Below, piece by piece: positions 13,040-31,349 of a stretch of 64,000 nt of DNA. The stretch comes from the human T2T-CHM13v2.0 reference genome, Homo sapiens. The stretch lies in assembly GCF_009914755.1 (NCBI RefSeq), contig NC_060930.1, one strand, 5' to 3'. Within the stretch, counting starts at the first letter, position 1. Each line of letters opens with the position of its first letter. The position numbers and the translations under genes are program-made. The notes beneath the pieces were generated by a model. That model searched no databases and had not been told where the DNA came from. It saw only the letters and a list, made by a program, of their open reading frames with translations.

Positions 13040-13600
13040 CCAATGGTAGACACAGAGGCTGTACAAATTTGGAAGGGTAGAGAAGGAGTCATTGAAAACA
13101 ACAGAAGGTGTGGCCTTGGATCTGGGCCATAATGAAAGAGTAGGATTTTACCAAGTGAGGGAAAGGAGGAAAGACATCCTACTAAAAGAAGCAGCTTTGA
13201 CAAAGGGCCAGAGGAGATAATATACATGCATTATTTGGAATTCCTGAGTGGATTGTTGTTGGATGGACCTGTGAGGGTAAGAAGAAATGAGACTGAAAGG
13301 GTAGGCAACAGATAGATCATAAATACTGACAATATAATTTGTTGAAACTGGAACACTTTGAGAGTCAAGGGGTACACTGTAAATAATTACACTGAAGCAG
13401 TATGTTTAAATTGGTACTTTCCTGAACAAAATAGGATATGCAGTCGCCCTAGCCATAAAGGGCCCTGAATGCTATGCTGAGGAACTAAATGAGATACATA
13501 GTCATAGTCACATTTTAAAGAAAGGTTACTGTGGCAATAGAGTGGAAAATGGATCAGCAAAGAATTGGGAACAACAGACTTCTTAAAAGCAATTCAGGCA
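13040..13600 (-). mobile_element. L2 fragment interrupted by MER94
   Basis: Purine-rich antisense L2 motifs (agaaatgagactgaaagggtaggc...agatcat|aaagggccctgaatgctatgctgagg). Confidence 0.6.
13324..13451 (+). mobile_element. MER94 (hAT-Blackjack)
   Basis: aatataattt...aaactggaacactttgagagtcaagggg...aataattacac...gtcgcccta follows the MER94 consensus. Confidence 0.65.
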
Positions 13601-14018
13601 ATTCAATAAAATAGGTGAGTACTCAGGACTTTTCATTTTTCTCACCCCATGTCTTTGAAGTATCATATCATTTACCAAGCCTTCCTTCATCTCCTTGCTT
13701 GAATCTTTGCAGGGGCCTCCACTTAGAACCCTCTTCTTCGCTCAAGTTCTGAACCAGCAAAAGAAACAAACAAACAAACAAGAACATAAATAAGCAAACG
13801 AGAGCCCAAATATCACCTTTATCACTGATAAATGGTATGTTGAAGATTATGACACATGTGCTTCTTAACATCATATCCCAAACCATAGGCATCTCTGGGC
13901 TGGAGCAAGATCTCTCTATACCTTGGGGCAAAACCTTATCTTGGGAGAGCAGGCCCATTTATCAAAAGGGAAGAAGGGAAATGCTGAGCTCAAATTTTCC
14001 AATGAAAAAAGGTCTTCG

Positions 14019-14449
14019 ATGGAACCAACCTAAATGCCCATCAATAATAGACTAGATAAAGAAAACCTTGTACATATACACCATGGAATGCTATGCAGCC
14101 ATAAAAAAAATGAGATCATGTCCTTTGCAGCGACATGGACGGAGCTGAAGGCTATTATCCTTAGCAAATTAACGCAGGAACAGAAAACCAAATACTGCAT
14201 GACCTCACCTATAACTGTGAGCTAAATGATGAGAACACATGAACACAGAGAGAGGAACAACACACATTGGAACTTATCAGAGGGTGGAGGGTGGGAGGAG
14301 TGAAAGGATCAGGAAAAATAAATAATGGGTACTAGGCTTAATACCTGGATGATGAAATAATCTGTACAACAAACCTCCATGATGCAAATTTACCTATGTA
14401 ACAAACTTGCACATATACTGCTGAAGTTAAAAGAGAAAAAAAAAAAAAA
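14019..14449 (+). mobile_element. 5'-truncated L1PA13-16-like 3' end
   Basis: ORF2 C-terminus (WNQPKCPS) plus 3'UTR and poly-A; TSD aaaaaaggtcttc(g/c)at at 14005-14020 and 14444-14459. Confidence 0.92.
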
Positions 14450-14642
14450 GGTCTTCCATTTTCCTTGAATGGTTGTGGTAAAGGGGCAGAGAGGATAGGG
14501 TGTTCCACTAATTTATTTACTGTTACATGGAAGGAAATATTGGGAGTAGAGAAAAACTGTTACCTCTCAATACCTTTATGCTTGAAAAGTTCTTTCTGAA
14601 CTCTTTTATGATATACTGTCAATTACATTACTAGACATTGTG

Positions 14643-14690
14643 ATATACATATATATGTATGTGTGTGTGTATATATATACACACATATAT
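14643..14690. repeat. (TA)n/(TG)n/(CA)n compound microsatellite
   Basis: atatatgtatgtgtgtgtgtatatatatacacacatatat. Confidence 0.8.
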
Positions 14691-14899
14691 AAAACCTGAT
14701 ATATGTATTTCACACCTGGTTCTATAGTGATTTCTACTATATTTTATATACTTGTTTATATGTTAATATGTTATCTTACCCCAAATAAAGTAGAAGTTCT
14801 CTTACTCAGACTCTACTGAACGTAACAGACCCTCAGAGTCCCTCTGCAAATGACACTAAATGCTGCCCAAGTCATAGCACAGATTCATTACAGGTAGTC

Positions 14900-15380
14900 T
14901 AGTGTACCAGTGCACTTCTGTTCCCACTGAAGATTCATATGCTTAATAAGAGCCAGTTGAATTTTTTATTAAACCTGCTTATAACAATTGTAATTACAAA
15001 ATATAATTCCATAATACAAAGATAATGAAATATAAATGTGAAAAGAGTTGGGTCTATGAAAACTAAGTTAAATACTTTGAAAAGACTCAATAGCTAATCA
15101 CCAAAAATTTCCATAGTTTTATGTACAAATGATAATAACAAATTTAAAAAGAAAAAAATTTAGAAAGATTTTGCACTCAGATATTTAGAAAAGTGTTTTA
15201 AGTTTTCACTCTGCTTCAGAAAAAGGGTAGAATTTACAAATAATATATTGTCCAGTCAGTAGAGCTGAATTTTTTTAAAATTTCTTACATCAAAAGGTGG
15301 GTGAATAAATGTTCATTTATATATTTTAAGTCAAAATAAAATATGTAATCTATATATTATCATCATTTAGAATCCTTATC
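14900..15380 (+). mobile_element. Tigger13a-like DNA transposon remnant
   Basis: tctatgaaaactaagttaaatactttgaaaagactc and tagaaagattttgcactcagat resemble the Tigger13a transposase N-terminal region. Confidence 0.65.
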
Positions 15381-17089
15381 AGCAGTTGAGTAACAGTAGA
15401 TTTGAAAAACCAGAAGGAATCGTAGAAAATGTAAGTGTGAGTAAAGAATCTTCTTAAGTTAAATATGGATATAGACATACCTGAGCATTGTTATAATATG
15501 AAAAATGCTATTATATTCTATAACTTCCTTTAAAAATACTTCGTTAAGATTTTAGTTTCTTAAAATTGTTCTTTGATAACTCATTTAAAGGAGAAGCAAG
15601 GAACTACTTAAGATGATGTGATCATAGTTAGAAGAAGAGTAAAAATAAAGATGCAGGTTTTTTATATATGAAGAGCATATGCATGTGTATATGTTGTGTG
15701 CATGTACATGTAAAAACACACATATTATAAATAAGTGTTGAAATTAAATAAGCCAGAGGACCAAAATAATTGTATTTGAGTGGATTTCTTCCACTCAAAT
15801 GGAAGTAGATTCCAGTGATTTTTTCTTTCTTCTATTTGGCACATTTTTTTTGGTATTGGTTTATATTACTTTTATATTTTAAAAATTATGTAAACATTTT
15901 TTATTATCTTTGCTAGAAAAAAATGCCAACTTAGGCTATTTCCTCACATAAGAGCAAACTTTATAGCTTGAGCCTGTCAGAATAACTTTTGACATTAAGG
16001 ACTAAGATTAACCAGTGTTCCTGCTTGTGATCCATTATGTCCCTCTGCTCATTATAGATATTACACTATGTTCCATGTTTGTGGAGCACTCCTAGATGGT
16101 ATTTCTGTTCTGGTTCTGTCACTAACCAACCCTGTGGCCGCATAGTTTATAGAGTTCCCATTGTTCATTTATAGAATTATGGAAGTAGGCTAGATTATCT
16201 AAGACCTAGTCCAATGTCAACATTATGTAACTATATTATTTGACAATGCTTACTATGGATTTCAACTAGTATCAGCATGTTTCTCTAGAATATTCATCAT
16301 AGATAATTGTTAATCTTCAATTTTAACGTCTCTGGTGAGAGTAAAATTGGAATTTACTCATAATATTTATTGTGTGTTTAAATTCTCCTAAGATTATTAA
16401 TGAAAAACTTTGTAATAGAAAAAAAGTTCCTTCTTACTTTGGGCTTCTGAAATATGAGGACACATATTTTACATTGTGATAGTCCTTTCTGTTGACTGGA
16501 GCTATAAAAATTCACTGAGTTTTTCTACCTCATAATAATGATAAGATATTAAAAACTGTTAAGGTATATTTTCTTCCCCGCAACTCTTCCCTTATCTGGG
16601 AAATTGTTTTTTAGATTCTACCACTCTTCTCTGGGTACTTACTGGCTAAGTTTTCATTGTCTGTTGTAAACTATATCACACAGAATGGAGTAAAAATTCA
16701 GAAATATTTATTTCTTGTCGGAGTGCAGTTGACTCTTAGAGTGAATACTTATAATAGACATCAACTTGGGGTTTTTCAGCTTCTAGGGCCATGGCTCTAT
16801 TTCTAGTTTTATTAGATGTTTCAATCAGATCTTTCCTTCTGGAATCTGAAACTTCACAGAATGTTACGAGTCACTGCATCTGAATCACTCTGATAGCAAA
16901 AACCTAGAGAAAGGTTCCCAAATTTCTGTATTTGAATCGTGAGACCTTGTCAGTTCAGAACTCCTTTTGATTCTGGATACTACGCATACGTTCTTCCTTT
17001 AAATTCTCCTACTTCTTTTTTCTCTTGAGTGAGGTTTGAGCCTTATGGTTTATGCTTTATATAGAACCACAAAAAGGAAGACTGAGCAG

Positions 17090-17350
17090 GAAAATATCAG
17101 AGAAGTAAGAGGGGAAAGGTATAAATGTTATATCATGAAAGCAAGTTGAGAGAAAATTTTTAGTAGAAAAGAAATGGTCAACAATGGAAATATTGTCAAG
17201 GAGAATGTGAAAAACCAGGGAAGGTGTGCTGAGTTTGGCAATTAGATCATTGTTGAACCGTGAAAATGAAGGTTCAAGGAACAAAGGTATACTGTACCAA
17301 TTTAAAGAGCAAATTGAATAAAGAGGAAATAAAGACATTTAAGATATCTG
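17090..17350 (-). mobile_element. L2 fragment
   Basis: gaaatggtcaacaatgg...gagtttggcaattagatcattgttgaac. Confidence 0.55.
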
Positions 17351-17659
17351 ATGTAAAATAAATACCATTTTAGTTCAATGTGTTAACAAGTCAAGGTATA
17401 GCTATTCTACTCACTAAGTTGCAGATAAATGGCCAGGCTTAAGAAAATTGAAGTGGAAAAATGTTATGAGATATTCAATAAATAAAGACTTTAATAGCTC
17501 AAAGATCATGGAATTTATAACTCAACAATAAACCTTTGCTGGAAAAGAATAAGTGAATAAGAAGTAAGGGATGATGGAACTTATCAGTTATTTTGAGTTG
17601 ATGAAGGAGGTAGAAATGGAAGCTACTATCATGAGTCTGTTAGTACCTTCATTAGAACT

Positions 17660-17730
17660 CAGATCTTGCTGCATAATTTGGGTGGCCAAATGCAAAACAA
17701 AAAATGAGGGGCCCAAGATTCAAAAATTAA
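17660..17730 (+). mobile_element. MER45-like hAT fragment
   Basis: cataatttgggtggccaaatgcaaaacaaaaaatgaggggccc...ttcaaaaatta. Confidence 0.5.
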
Positions 17731-17840
17731 AACAGTTATAAATATATCATATCATGTTCAGGGAAACATTATTTAGAACATAAGGCTAAAAACTGAAGAA
17801 TGATTAAACACCTTATATTCACAAATTTATGTTTTGTTTG

Positions 17841-17960
17841 TTTATGATAATCGTTTCATCTTAATCCCCTTTTTGTGATAGTATATATTTATGATAATGA
17901 CTTTATCTTAATATTCTTTTCATCATAGTATATATTTCAGGTATAATATCATGCTTTAAT
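17841..17960. repeat. Diverged 47-bp tandem repeat, about 2.5 copies
   Basis: tttatgataat...atcttaat...atagtatata at 17841-17887 and 17888-17934, partial third unit. Confidence 0.7.
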
Positions 17961-18063
17961 ATTTTTATTTGCAAATCTGTGTAGTTCAGGACAATGGCAG
18001 TTGCCTAGGTTTACATCTCCCAACATTTTATCAAAAACCAAAATGGAACAACAGAATAAAAAC

Positions 18064-21990
<3,927 letters not shown>

Positions 21991-24359
21991 AAACAAACCC
22001 CTTAGTATAACTTAAAGACAGAGGTTGCTAAATGTTAAAGTAAATGTAAGAAAAAAAGGCAAACCATCTAATCCCAGCAAGTGATTACTCCAGGAGTTGC
22101 CCTGATGCACATCTTTGTGTGAGTAAGGGTAGGTAGAGAAAAACTGTGAGGAAGAGAGAAGAGAGAAATACCAATAACCTGAGGTTGAGATAAAACTATT
22201 ACCAGAATATGTAATTTCACTCTTACTGTGAAATTATTATAAAATAAACTTTTGACGGATAAGAGTGTGGACTACAAGAATGTAACTTAAAATTGTACAT
22301 TATTTGAAGTGGCAGATTTTGAAAGGCTTAGCTTCTGGGTCAGAAAAAGGTAAAAAAGAACGAAGAAGAAAATTTTGGAAATTCTGTGCTGAAGAGGGAA
22401 AATACACAAAAGAGAAAATTCAAGGCCATACAAGGTATTAGAAAAAATACCAGAGGCACACTACTCAACCTTTTGTCCTAGCGTAGAGTAAAGCCCATTG
22501 AAGAATCTAGACTTTGAAACACTGAGAAAAGCTTTCATTGAATTCAGAATTATATTATTCATTCCAAACCACAGAAATAAAAACATAAAATTTCAATAAG
22601 TGTATACAGAGATATTGTAAAGAATAATAGATTTAAAACACTGAAAGTCACCCCTTTACTTTCTCACTCTTTGTAAAAATACACAGAAGGAAACATTTGA
22701 AAGTAAAATATAATCAGACAAGCATTGGAGTTATCAAGAAGCAGTTTGAATCAGAAATTTAAAAACTAAGACCAGAAATGGACAAATAATAGGATGAAAG
22801 AAAAATACAATTGGTTGTACTCAGGAAAGGAATAGAAGAAAGAGACAAAATTATCTTTGAGATAACGAAAAAAATATTAGATGCAAAATAAAATGAAAAT
22901 TTAATAGAGGAACTGAAGAAAGGGGTAACAACCAATAAGATAAAAAATGGGATAAGAACAGAAGTAAAAAGAGTAAGAACAATGACATTTATGTAATTGA
23001 TGTCCCTGAAAGGGTTAACAATGAAATGTAACTAATATTTAAACTATAATCTAAGACAAAAACTTTCCAGATAAAGTAAGAGTTGAATGTATATATTAAA
23101 GGGTCCCGTTAGGTGCCTGGAAAAATTAACACAGAATGGTCAACTTTAAGAAATGTCACAGTAAAATGATTAGACTTCAAAGATAAAGAAAATATCCTCA
23201 AGATCTCCAGGTAAAAAGATCATATAAATTATAAGTCAATAGAATTTGACAAGCATCAGACTTTTTAAAAACAACATAAGCAAGACAAAAATTGAGCAGA
23301 TTTTCAAACAACTCAGTGAAAAAAAGTTAATTAAGGATTATATCCAGCCAAACTGTCCTTCAATTATCAAAGCTATATAAAAACAGTTTTGAACGTGCAA
23401 TAACTTAGGGATTTTGTACCCATAATCTTTTCTTGAAGAATATACTACAGGATAATCTTCACTCAGCTGATGTATCGCTGGCAATGCTTTAGCAAAAAGA
23501 CTGACGGTAAATATTTTAATATATGTAATTCTAGATCTAAAACAAAAGTAGAATGAGTGGACTACTAATGCACATTGATGGACGTTGTGAAAAACTCAAA
23601 ATTAATGCTCTATAAAAGGAAAAACAAGAAAAGAAGAAAGTAGATTAAGGTGAATTAAGAGGTTAAAGAAAGTGCATGTATAAAGGTCTAACTAAAAAAG
23701 ATAATCACTAGAATAAAAATACAAATCTTCTTGCATACAAACATAAGGTTTTTAAAAAGCAAAAGTACACATTTTAATAAAAACACTGCAAATAAGATAA
23801 AATGTACGTAATTATTAAATATTACGGAGTTGAAACCAGCTGTCTCAGTCATGTCAATAAATGTGAATGGGCTTATCTATTAAAAGAAAGTATTTTTATT
23901 TTGCATCCCCAAATCATAATTCAGCTATATGATATATAGAAGACACACATCTAAAACAGGGGATTTAGAAATTATGAAAGTATAGGAATGCACCAAACGG
24001 TATCAGTCAAGTGCAAATTATAGAATAAACTCCAGATGGAAGATACAAAAGTATAAAAATAAAACCATACAAGTAGTAGAAATAAATAAGTACTAGAAGA
24101 AAACTAGAATTCATTGAATGAGTTTCTCTTTAACTTGATGGACGGAAAGTCTTTCTAATCATGAATCAAAATCCAGAGGTGATTTTTAAAAGGTTGATAC
24201 ATTTAACTACAGAAAAATGAGGAAAGAAAAAAGTATGGTGAAAACACTATAAACAAAGTCAAAAGACAATTGACAAACTGTACGAAAATATTTGCAGAAT
24301 ATATCATAGACAACAGAAAAATAGCCCTAATACATAAAGAACTCTTAAAAATTAGAGTC

Positions 24360-25335
<976 letters not shown>

Positions 25336-25604
25336 AAAATGAATTGAGGATTAAAGGGCCAAAACATGATGGAAATATTGGGAAAATATATGAAAGATAC
25401 TTAACAAAGAAGAAAGAATAATGGCATTTAAGCATATGAAAAGTGTTTAATCTAACTCACAGATAAATGTAAATTAAAAGAACACCAATAGAACCGATTA
25501 GATTTGGCAAAAATTTATAAGTATGACAATATATTCTGTTGGTGAGGCTGTTGAGGAACAGGTAATCTCTTTACCAGTGTGAATGTTATCTGGTACAACC
25601 CTTT

Positions 25605-26052
25605 TGGCTTAAAAACAAGAAAAATTATTCCCTCACAACTTCAGAGACCAGAATTCAAAAAAAAATCAAAAGTATTAACAGGACCACACTCCCTCTGCAG
25701 GTTCCAGGGAAGAATCAGTTCTTGGTCTCTTCCAGCTTCTCGACGCTATTGACATTTGTGATTTGTGGCCACGTCACTCCAGTCTCTGTCTCTGTGATCA
25801 CATTGACTTCTTTTCTCTGTCTTTTATGTCAATCTGAAGCCTCCTTCTGCCCTTTTGTTAAAAGGGTCCTTATCTTTTAGACCTAGGTGGTCTAGAGAAC
25901 ACCTAGATGATTCGTGATAGTCTTTTCCATCTCAAGATATTTAACTTAATTATATTTGCAAAAACTCTTTTCTCAAACAAAGCAACATTCACAGGTTCTG
26001 AAGATGAATACGTGGACATATCTTCTTTGAGGCCACCGTTCAACCTATTACA
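25605..26052 (-). mobile_element. MLT1C-like MaLR LTR
   Basis: tcactccagtctctgtctctgtgatcacattg, atctcaagatatttaacttaattatatttgcaaa, ttcaacctattaca. Confidence 0.8.
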
Positions 26053-26735
26053 GTGAGCAATCTGACTACTAGGAAATCATCTTGAAAATAGACCTCCGAC
26101 AATATAAAAATACACATTGACAATATTATTCATTACTGCATTGTTTATTACAAAATATCAGAAAAACCTAAATGCTCATACATGGGATGATGATTTAATA
26201 AATAAATAAATAAAGTGATACACTTACATAATAGAATATTATGCAGCTATAAAAAATAAGAAGTGTCTCTTAGAACTGACATAGATTGATTTCCAGGATA
26301 TATTGTTATGTAAAAGAAACAAAGTGAAAAGAATATCTATAGTTTTCTACCCTTTATTGCAGAAAGTAGCGGCACATGGAAATATACATGTATATTCTCA
26401 TTTTCGTAAACAGAAGTTAAGGAAGGATAAAGCAGAAACTAATGAGATTGGCTACTTAGAGGGTAGGAATGAGATGGAAAGAATCGGGGTGATGGTAGAT
26501 GGCATGAGTAGGGAGTATTAGTTGTATGATTATAACTGTTTGCATAGTTTTTACTTGTAGAACCATGTTGCTGTTTAACATATCCTCACAATGTTAACAT
26601 CCTCCCAAATTATTTATTTTAAAGAAATAATTAAAAAAATTAAAAGAAACCAGGATTTGAGTGGGAGAGCCTAAAATATAATACAAAGAATATAAATGAG
26701 CTTAACAGTATTGCAAATGAATAACATAAGCACTC

Positions 26736-26925
26736 TGGAATCAGCCATTTCTCCAGAAGCACTCATTTCATTTGTTGGACTGTAGCATTAATAAATGAAG
26801 ATTGAGGCACTGAGGATGCTCATTGTTACTTGGGTCTCATTACCTCCTGGCCTTTTCAGTAGACAGAGCTAAGAAATACACGTACACATTTACACCAGTA
26901 TACTAACATCTACATTTATTTCTAT
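26736..26925 (-). mobile_element. L1MC-type 3'UTR segment, inverted
   Basis: ggaatcagccatttctcc...cttttcagtagacagagctaagaaata; the same motif (agaaatggctgattcca) is on + near 60005. Confidence 0.7.
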
Positions 26926-27289
26926 AGATAGGATGTGGACAAGTCTTATTCTCTTTCTTGGATTAATATTAATTATCCATGGATTTCATGGTTCTTCTAA
27001 TGCAGTTGCATTAGACTTATAGTTCTTAAAGTGTCATTTTTCTCATATTTTATGAAATATTTCACATAGCATTAGCTTTAAATTATTCTCTCACTCTCAG
27101 ATCGCATTATTTCCTAAACACTATGGAAGTCAGAATTGTTTTTCCACAGGAAAACTCACCCAATTACCACTTAGGATTAAGAAAGCCTAATTTTAGTGTT
27201 TGGAATTTTTAGCTCTAAGAAAAAAAAAATAGGAAGAAAAGAACTATTTTAAAAAGTGCTTTTTTTTTTTTTTTTTTTGAAAAAGCCCC

Positions 27290-27510
27290 ATACCTGGAGT
27301 GAGTTTACTTAATTTAAAATATTAACTCCAAAATCCAATACCTATGTGACCTGGAACAACTTACCTAACCTGACTGTGCCTCAGTTTCCTCACAAAATGA
27401 AATGATAGCATGATCTATTACTTAGAGTAGTTTTAGAAAATACTAAATGATTGGAGATAAGTCACTTAGAATAGTCCCTGGCACATAGCACAGAATAACT
27501 GTGAGCTAAA
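27290..27510 (+). mobile_element. MIR
   Basis: tgtgacctggaacaacttacctaacctgactgtgcctcagtttcctca...cacttagaatagtccctggcacatag. Confidence 0.85.
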
Positions 27511-29109
27511 ATTTTTTTCTATTGTACAAACTGAGTTTTTGACCCAAGATGATCTCCAAATGATGAATTGATCCCTATATTAATAAGATTTTTTTCTGAA
27601 AGTTTTAACTAGTTCTCTAAAGTAGAATGAGAATTGACTTTAACAGAATATCTTCCCTTGAAAAGCTACCTTGGCATAGTTTAACAGATCTTATATTTAA
27701 AACTGACATGGCTGATATTTATTTAGATCTTAACAAGGGGCAATAGTTTTTTTCATAAATTACCTGACTTCAGTTCAAACTTCACAATTTATTCCACCCT
27801 AAAAATACAATCCCTAGCCTATAGGAGTGCTAATTACCTGAAAGAGTTCTGTGCATTCAAATTCCAAGTTACAGTTAATTAACTTAATTAATTTTTCATA
27901 ATAATTTGATCCCTTAGGCCCCATTTTGGTTGCATTTTTGTAGTGTTCCAATCTAACCAATGAAGCACACACAAAAAATATTTCAGTTGTGACTTATGTC
28001 CTTGTATAACAAGAGAAAACCAAACAAAATTAATCACTAATGGATAAGTTACATGAAAAGTGAAAGAAAAGTGGGGAGAAGTGGACTGGCTGATGTTGGA
28101 GATAGTAAAGAAGAGAAGGCACCCAGGAAAGGAGGAAAAGATTAAAGAAATAAAAAAAAATAAGGAAAAAAGTAAGGGATTAGAAAATGTTTGTTTGTGA
28201 ATTTTAAGAAAACTAGATGAGAGTAGAGAGGAATAATTCTTAGATCATGGGGGCAAAAACGATGAGAAGAGCATGGGGTGTTAAGTGTCAGTTCATATGG
28301 AGGGGGAGAGAAGAGGAAATGCCCCTTTATTCCTGTCTGGAAATGCTAGATTTAAAAAGTTGGATATCTGAACTGAAAACAACAAAAAATTAATCCACAT
28401 TTACTTGGAATCAAGCACAAAACCAGTCCAAAAGTAGTAGATTGAGGCTGACACCAAGGTGGCTCAGGAAATAGAATTCTGGGGGGTCATATCCGGGCTG
28501 GAAAAGTGGGTTCCGAAGCTTGTAAAGACACACAAGGATGAATGGCGTAGCCTCAGGGCTTTAGGAGGCAAGAGCCTGAATAAAACTCAGCACTCCTCAC
28601 TGCATCCTTTCTTCTAAAAAGCAGTAAGGGTATTTCTTGTGTCTCTATCTTTGAAGAGGAAATGTCACTGAAGAGAAATCAAAATCTCAAGTTTATCTTA
28701 AATGTGAGTATAAGATGATAAAGTACACACACTGCATGGTTTTAGAACAACATGCCAAGAATTCAACATATAAATTGTGCCAGGGTTATTAAACTTCTTA
28801 AAATTTCCCTGAAAAACAAAAAAAACAAAACAACCAAAGACATATCTGAAGTGGCATTTCCACAACTCTAGGGCTTTCTAAATAATAAATAAATATAGAT
28901 ACATAGTAGGCGGATATGCTGTAGATAAATAAAATTTCACTAATCAAAAATTGCTAATGCATGGGAAGTAAACCAACATGAGAATCGGCAGACATGATGA
29001 AGAGAATGACCAAAGTAGAAATCATACTATTTGAAATAAGAATATTAAAAAATGATGTAAGAGATATAAGCAATTAAACCACTAAAAAATGGCAAATTGA
29101 AGGGGTCTG

Positions 29110-29310
29110 AATTTAGAGAGCCAGAAAATCTTGGGATTGACTGAATTTACCAATAAGTAGTTGAATAACTGGTGTTTCATTTCTCTGAGTTTCAGTTTTC
29201 TTGTGGAACTATTGGTTTATCTATCTCATGGTGTTGGTGTTAAGATTAAATGACAAAATATACGTAAAGTACCTAGAAAATTAGAAGTCCTCAATATGGA
29301 TTAGTGTTTG
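29110..29310 (+). mobile_element. MIR
   Basis: tctctgagtttcagttttct...taagattaaatgacaaaatatacgtaaagtacctag. Confidence 0.7.
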
Positions 29311-29882
29311 TCCTACTTCCCATTTATAAAAGATTAACTTAGAAATTGAAATTTGGTCAAGAGAGATTCTCTCCTTTTTATTTGCTATTCTAAGTACCAA
29401 GATATATTTATGCACATTACATTTTGAAACATTGGTTGCCTAATTAGTAGAACTGCAAAAATATAGTATGGAATATGTTGCCTATCAAGATATGCAGCTC
29501 ACTAACAACAGTCACATACTAGTTTTCTGTTCATTTATATATGTGATATCTTCTTCAGTGAGGTGTATAATATAGTCCATATGCTTCCTCAAACATGGCA
29601 TTCTTTAGGAGAGAAGGCACAAAGATAATACAATTTATTTTTCTCATAGCTTAGAATTATTTTTGTCATGTTTGAAATATATTCTTTTGATGTATTGATT
29701 AACATTTCATGATATTTACAGGTAATTTTAGGAAAATTTGTACATCTATACCATCCCATCTTTTAATCCAGAAATCTGACATGTCCCTCTACTTTTACTT
29801 AACTTTTAAAATGGTTTTTTTTCCTTAGTAAAATTTTGTGGTACTCTTTATATAAACATTTCTTTCATTTTGTTTTCTTTAC

Positions 29883-30161
29883 TTTTTTTTTTTTTTTTTG
29901 AGACAAGGTCTCCCTCTGTCTCCCAGGTTGGAGTGCAGTGGTGCAAACCTGGGCTCACACAATCCTCCTGCCTCAGCCTCTTGAGTAGCTAGGTCCATGG
30001 GCACGTGCCACAATGGCCAGCTAAATTTTTGATTTTTTTTTTTAAGAGTTAGGGTCTCATTGTACTGCCCAGGCTGGTCTCAAACTTCTGGGTCCAAGCA
30101 ATGTTCCTACCTTAGTCTCCCAAAGTGCTGGGATTACAGGTGTGAGCCACTTGATGTGGCC
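29883..30161 (-). mobile_element. AluJ with small internal deletion
   Basis: T-tail then gagacaaggtctc; tgggctca/cctcctgcctcagcctc J-type; about 25 bp missing near 29948. Confidence 0.9.
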
Positions 30162-30177
30162 ACAAGTATTTCTTAAA

Positions 30178-30523
30178 CAGTCATCCCTTGATATCTATGG
30201 TAGGTTAGTTCCAAAACCCCCATGGATATCAAAATCCATGGACACTCAAGGCCCTTATATAAAATGGAGTAGTGTTTTCATATAACCTAAGCACATCATC
30301 CCAATATACTTTAAATCAGTTCTAGATTACTTATAATATCTAATATAATGTAAATGTTGTGTGAATAATTATTATACTGTACTGTTAGAATAATAATGAC
30401 AAGATATAAACATATGTACATATGCAGTATAATGCAATTTTTCTTTTATCTTTTTTGAATAGCTTCTATCTGTAGTTGGTTGAATCCATGGATATGGAAC
30501 CCACAGATACAGAGGGCCAACTA
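30178..30523 (+). mobile_element. MER2, full length
   Basis: cagtcatccctt...aaaatccatggacactcaag...tctagattacttataata...ggaacccacagatacagagggccaacta. Confidence 0.88.
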
Positions 30524-31349
30524 TACAATTTATTTTTATATATTCTAGAACTTGGTTGCTATAGTGACTGACATCTTAGACACCATTAGTATCAATGAAA
30601 GCTTTTGATTTCCTCATATTTATATTTTACAGCCATAATATAAAGTGTTCTTTTTAAAGTGATTTTAAGTTGAATATTTTCTGCATTTTTAAGGTAGATA
30701 ATGGGATGTTCTGGAATTCTTTCCTTACAAATTATTTCTACTGTTATGCATATAATTGACAAGAACTTTCAAAATAATGTGGTATGATAAGTGGCTATCA
30801 TAGGCCTTATGTCCTTTACATGTTGAATAAATATTCTAGATTTAATTTTCTAAGGATGACGCTTTCTTGGGTGTCTTTTCGTCATTTTTCTAGGAGACAA
30901 TTTGTTCATATTTCCTTTAATGTATTGAAGTATTTTAAAATTAATCTAGGTGAAACCACGCTTTCCTTCCTGTATACACATTAGTTGGATATGAAGTATC
31001 ATTCTTTTAATAAATTTTTGAAAGGCATGAGCTTGCATTTTGGATTACCTTAAAAGCATGATTGTACTATTGTTTACATGCATGTGTTGTGTGTTACTTT
31101 GTTAGATATGAGTTTTAAAGCTAAATTTACTGCGCTGAGAATAATATGTTTGACAATTTGAAGTAATACGGCTATAAAACTGCTATAAACTCTGTGAAGG
31201 CAAGAGCATTTTCTGTGATAAATGAAACTCAGAGGCTTACAGGGATATGCATAGATTAGATAAAAGCCACCACATATACATAACAAAAATATCACACATA
31301 TGCATCACACAACATGGGTCACATATACATGGGTCATATCTAGATGGGT

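Noticed and set aside
13610-13621. Isolated strong donors (TAG|GTGAGT here, AAG|GTGAGT near 43582)
   Set aside because: No convincing paired acceptor or open frame; such motifs are common by chance
17841-17960. CRISPR-like array (also considered for 48688 and 57391 repeats)
   Set aside because: Head-to-tail duplications with no unique spacers, no cas genes, mammalian context
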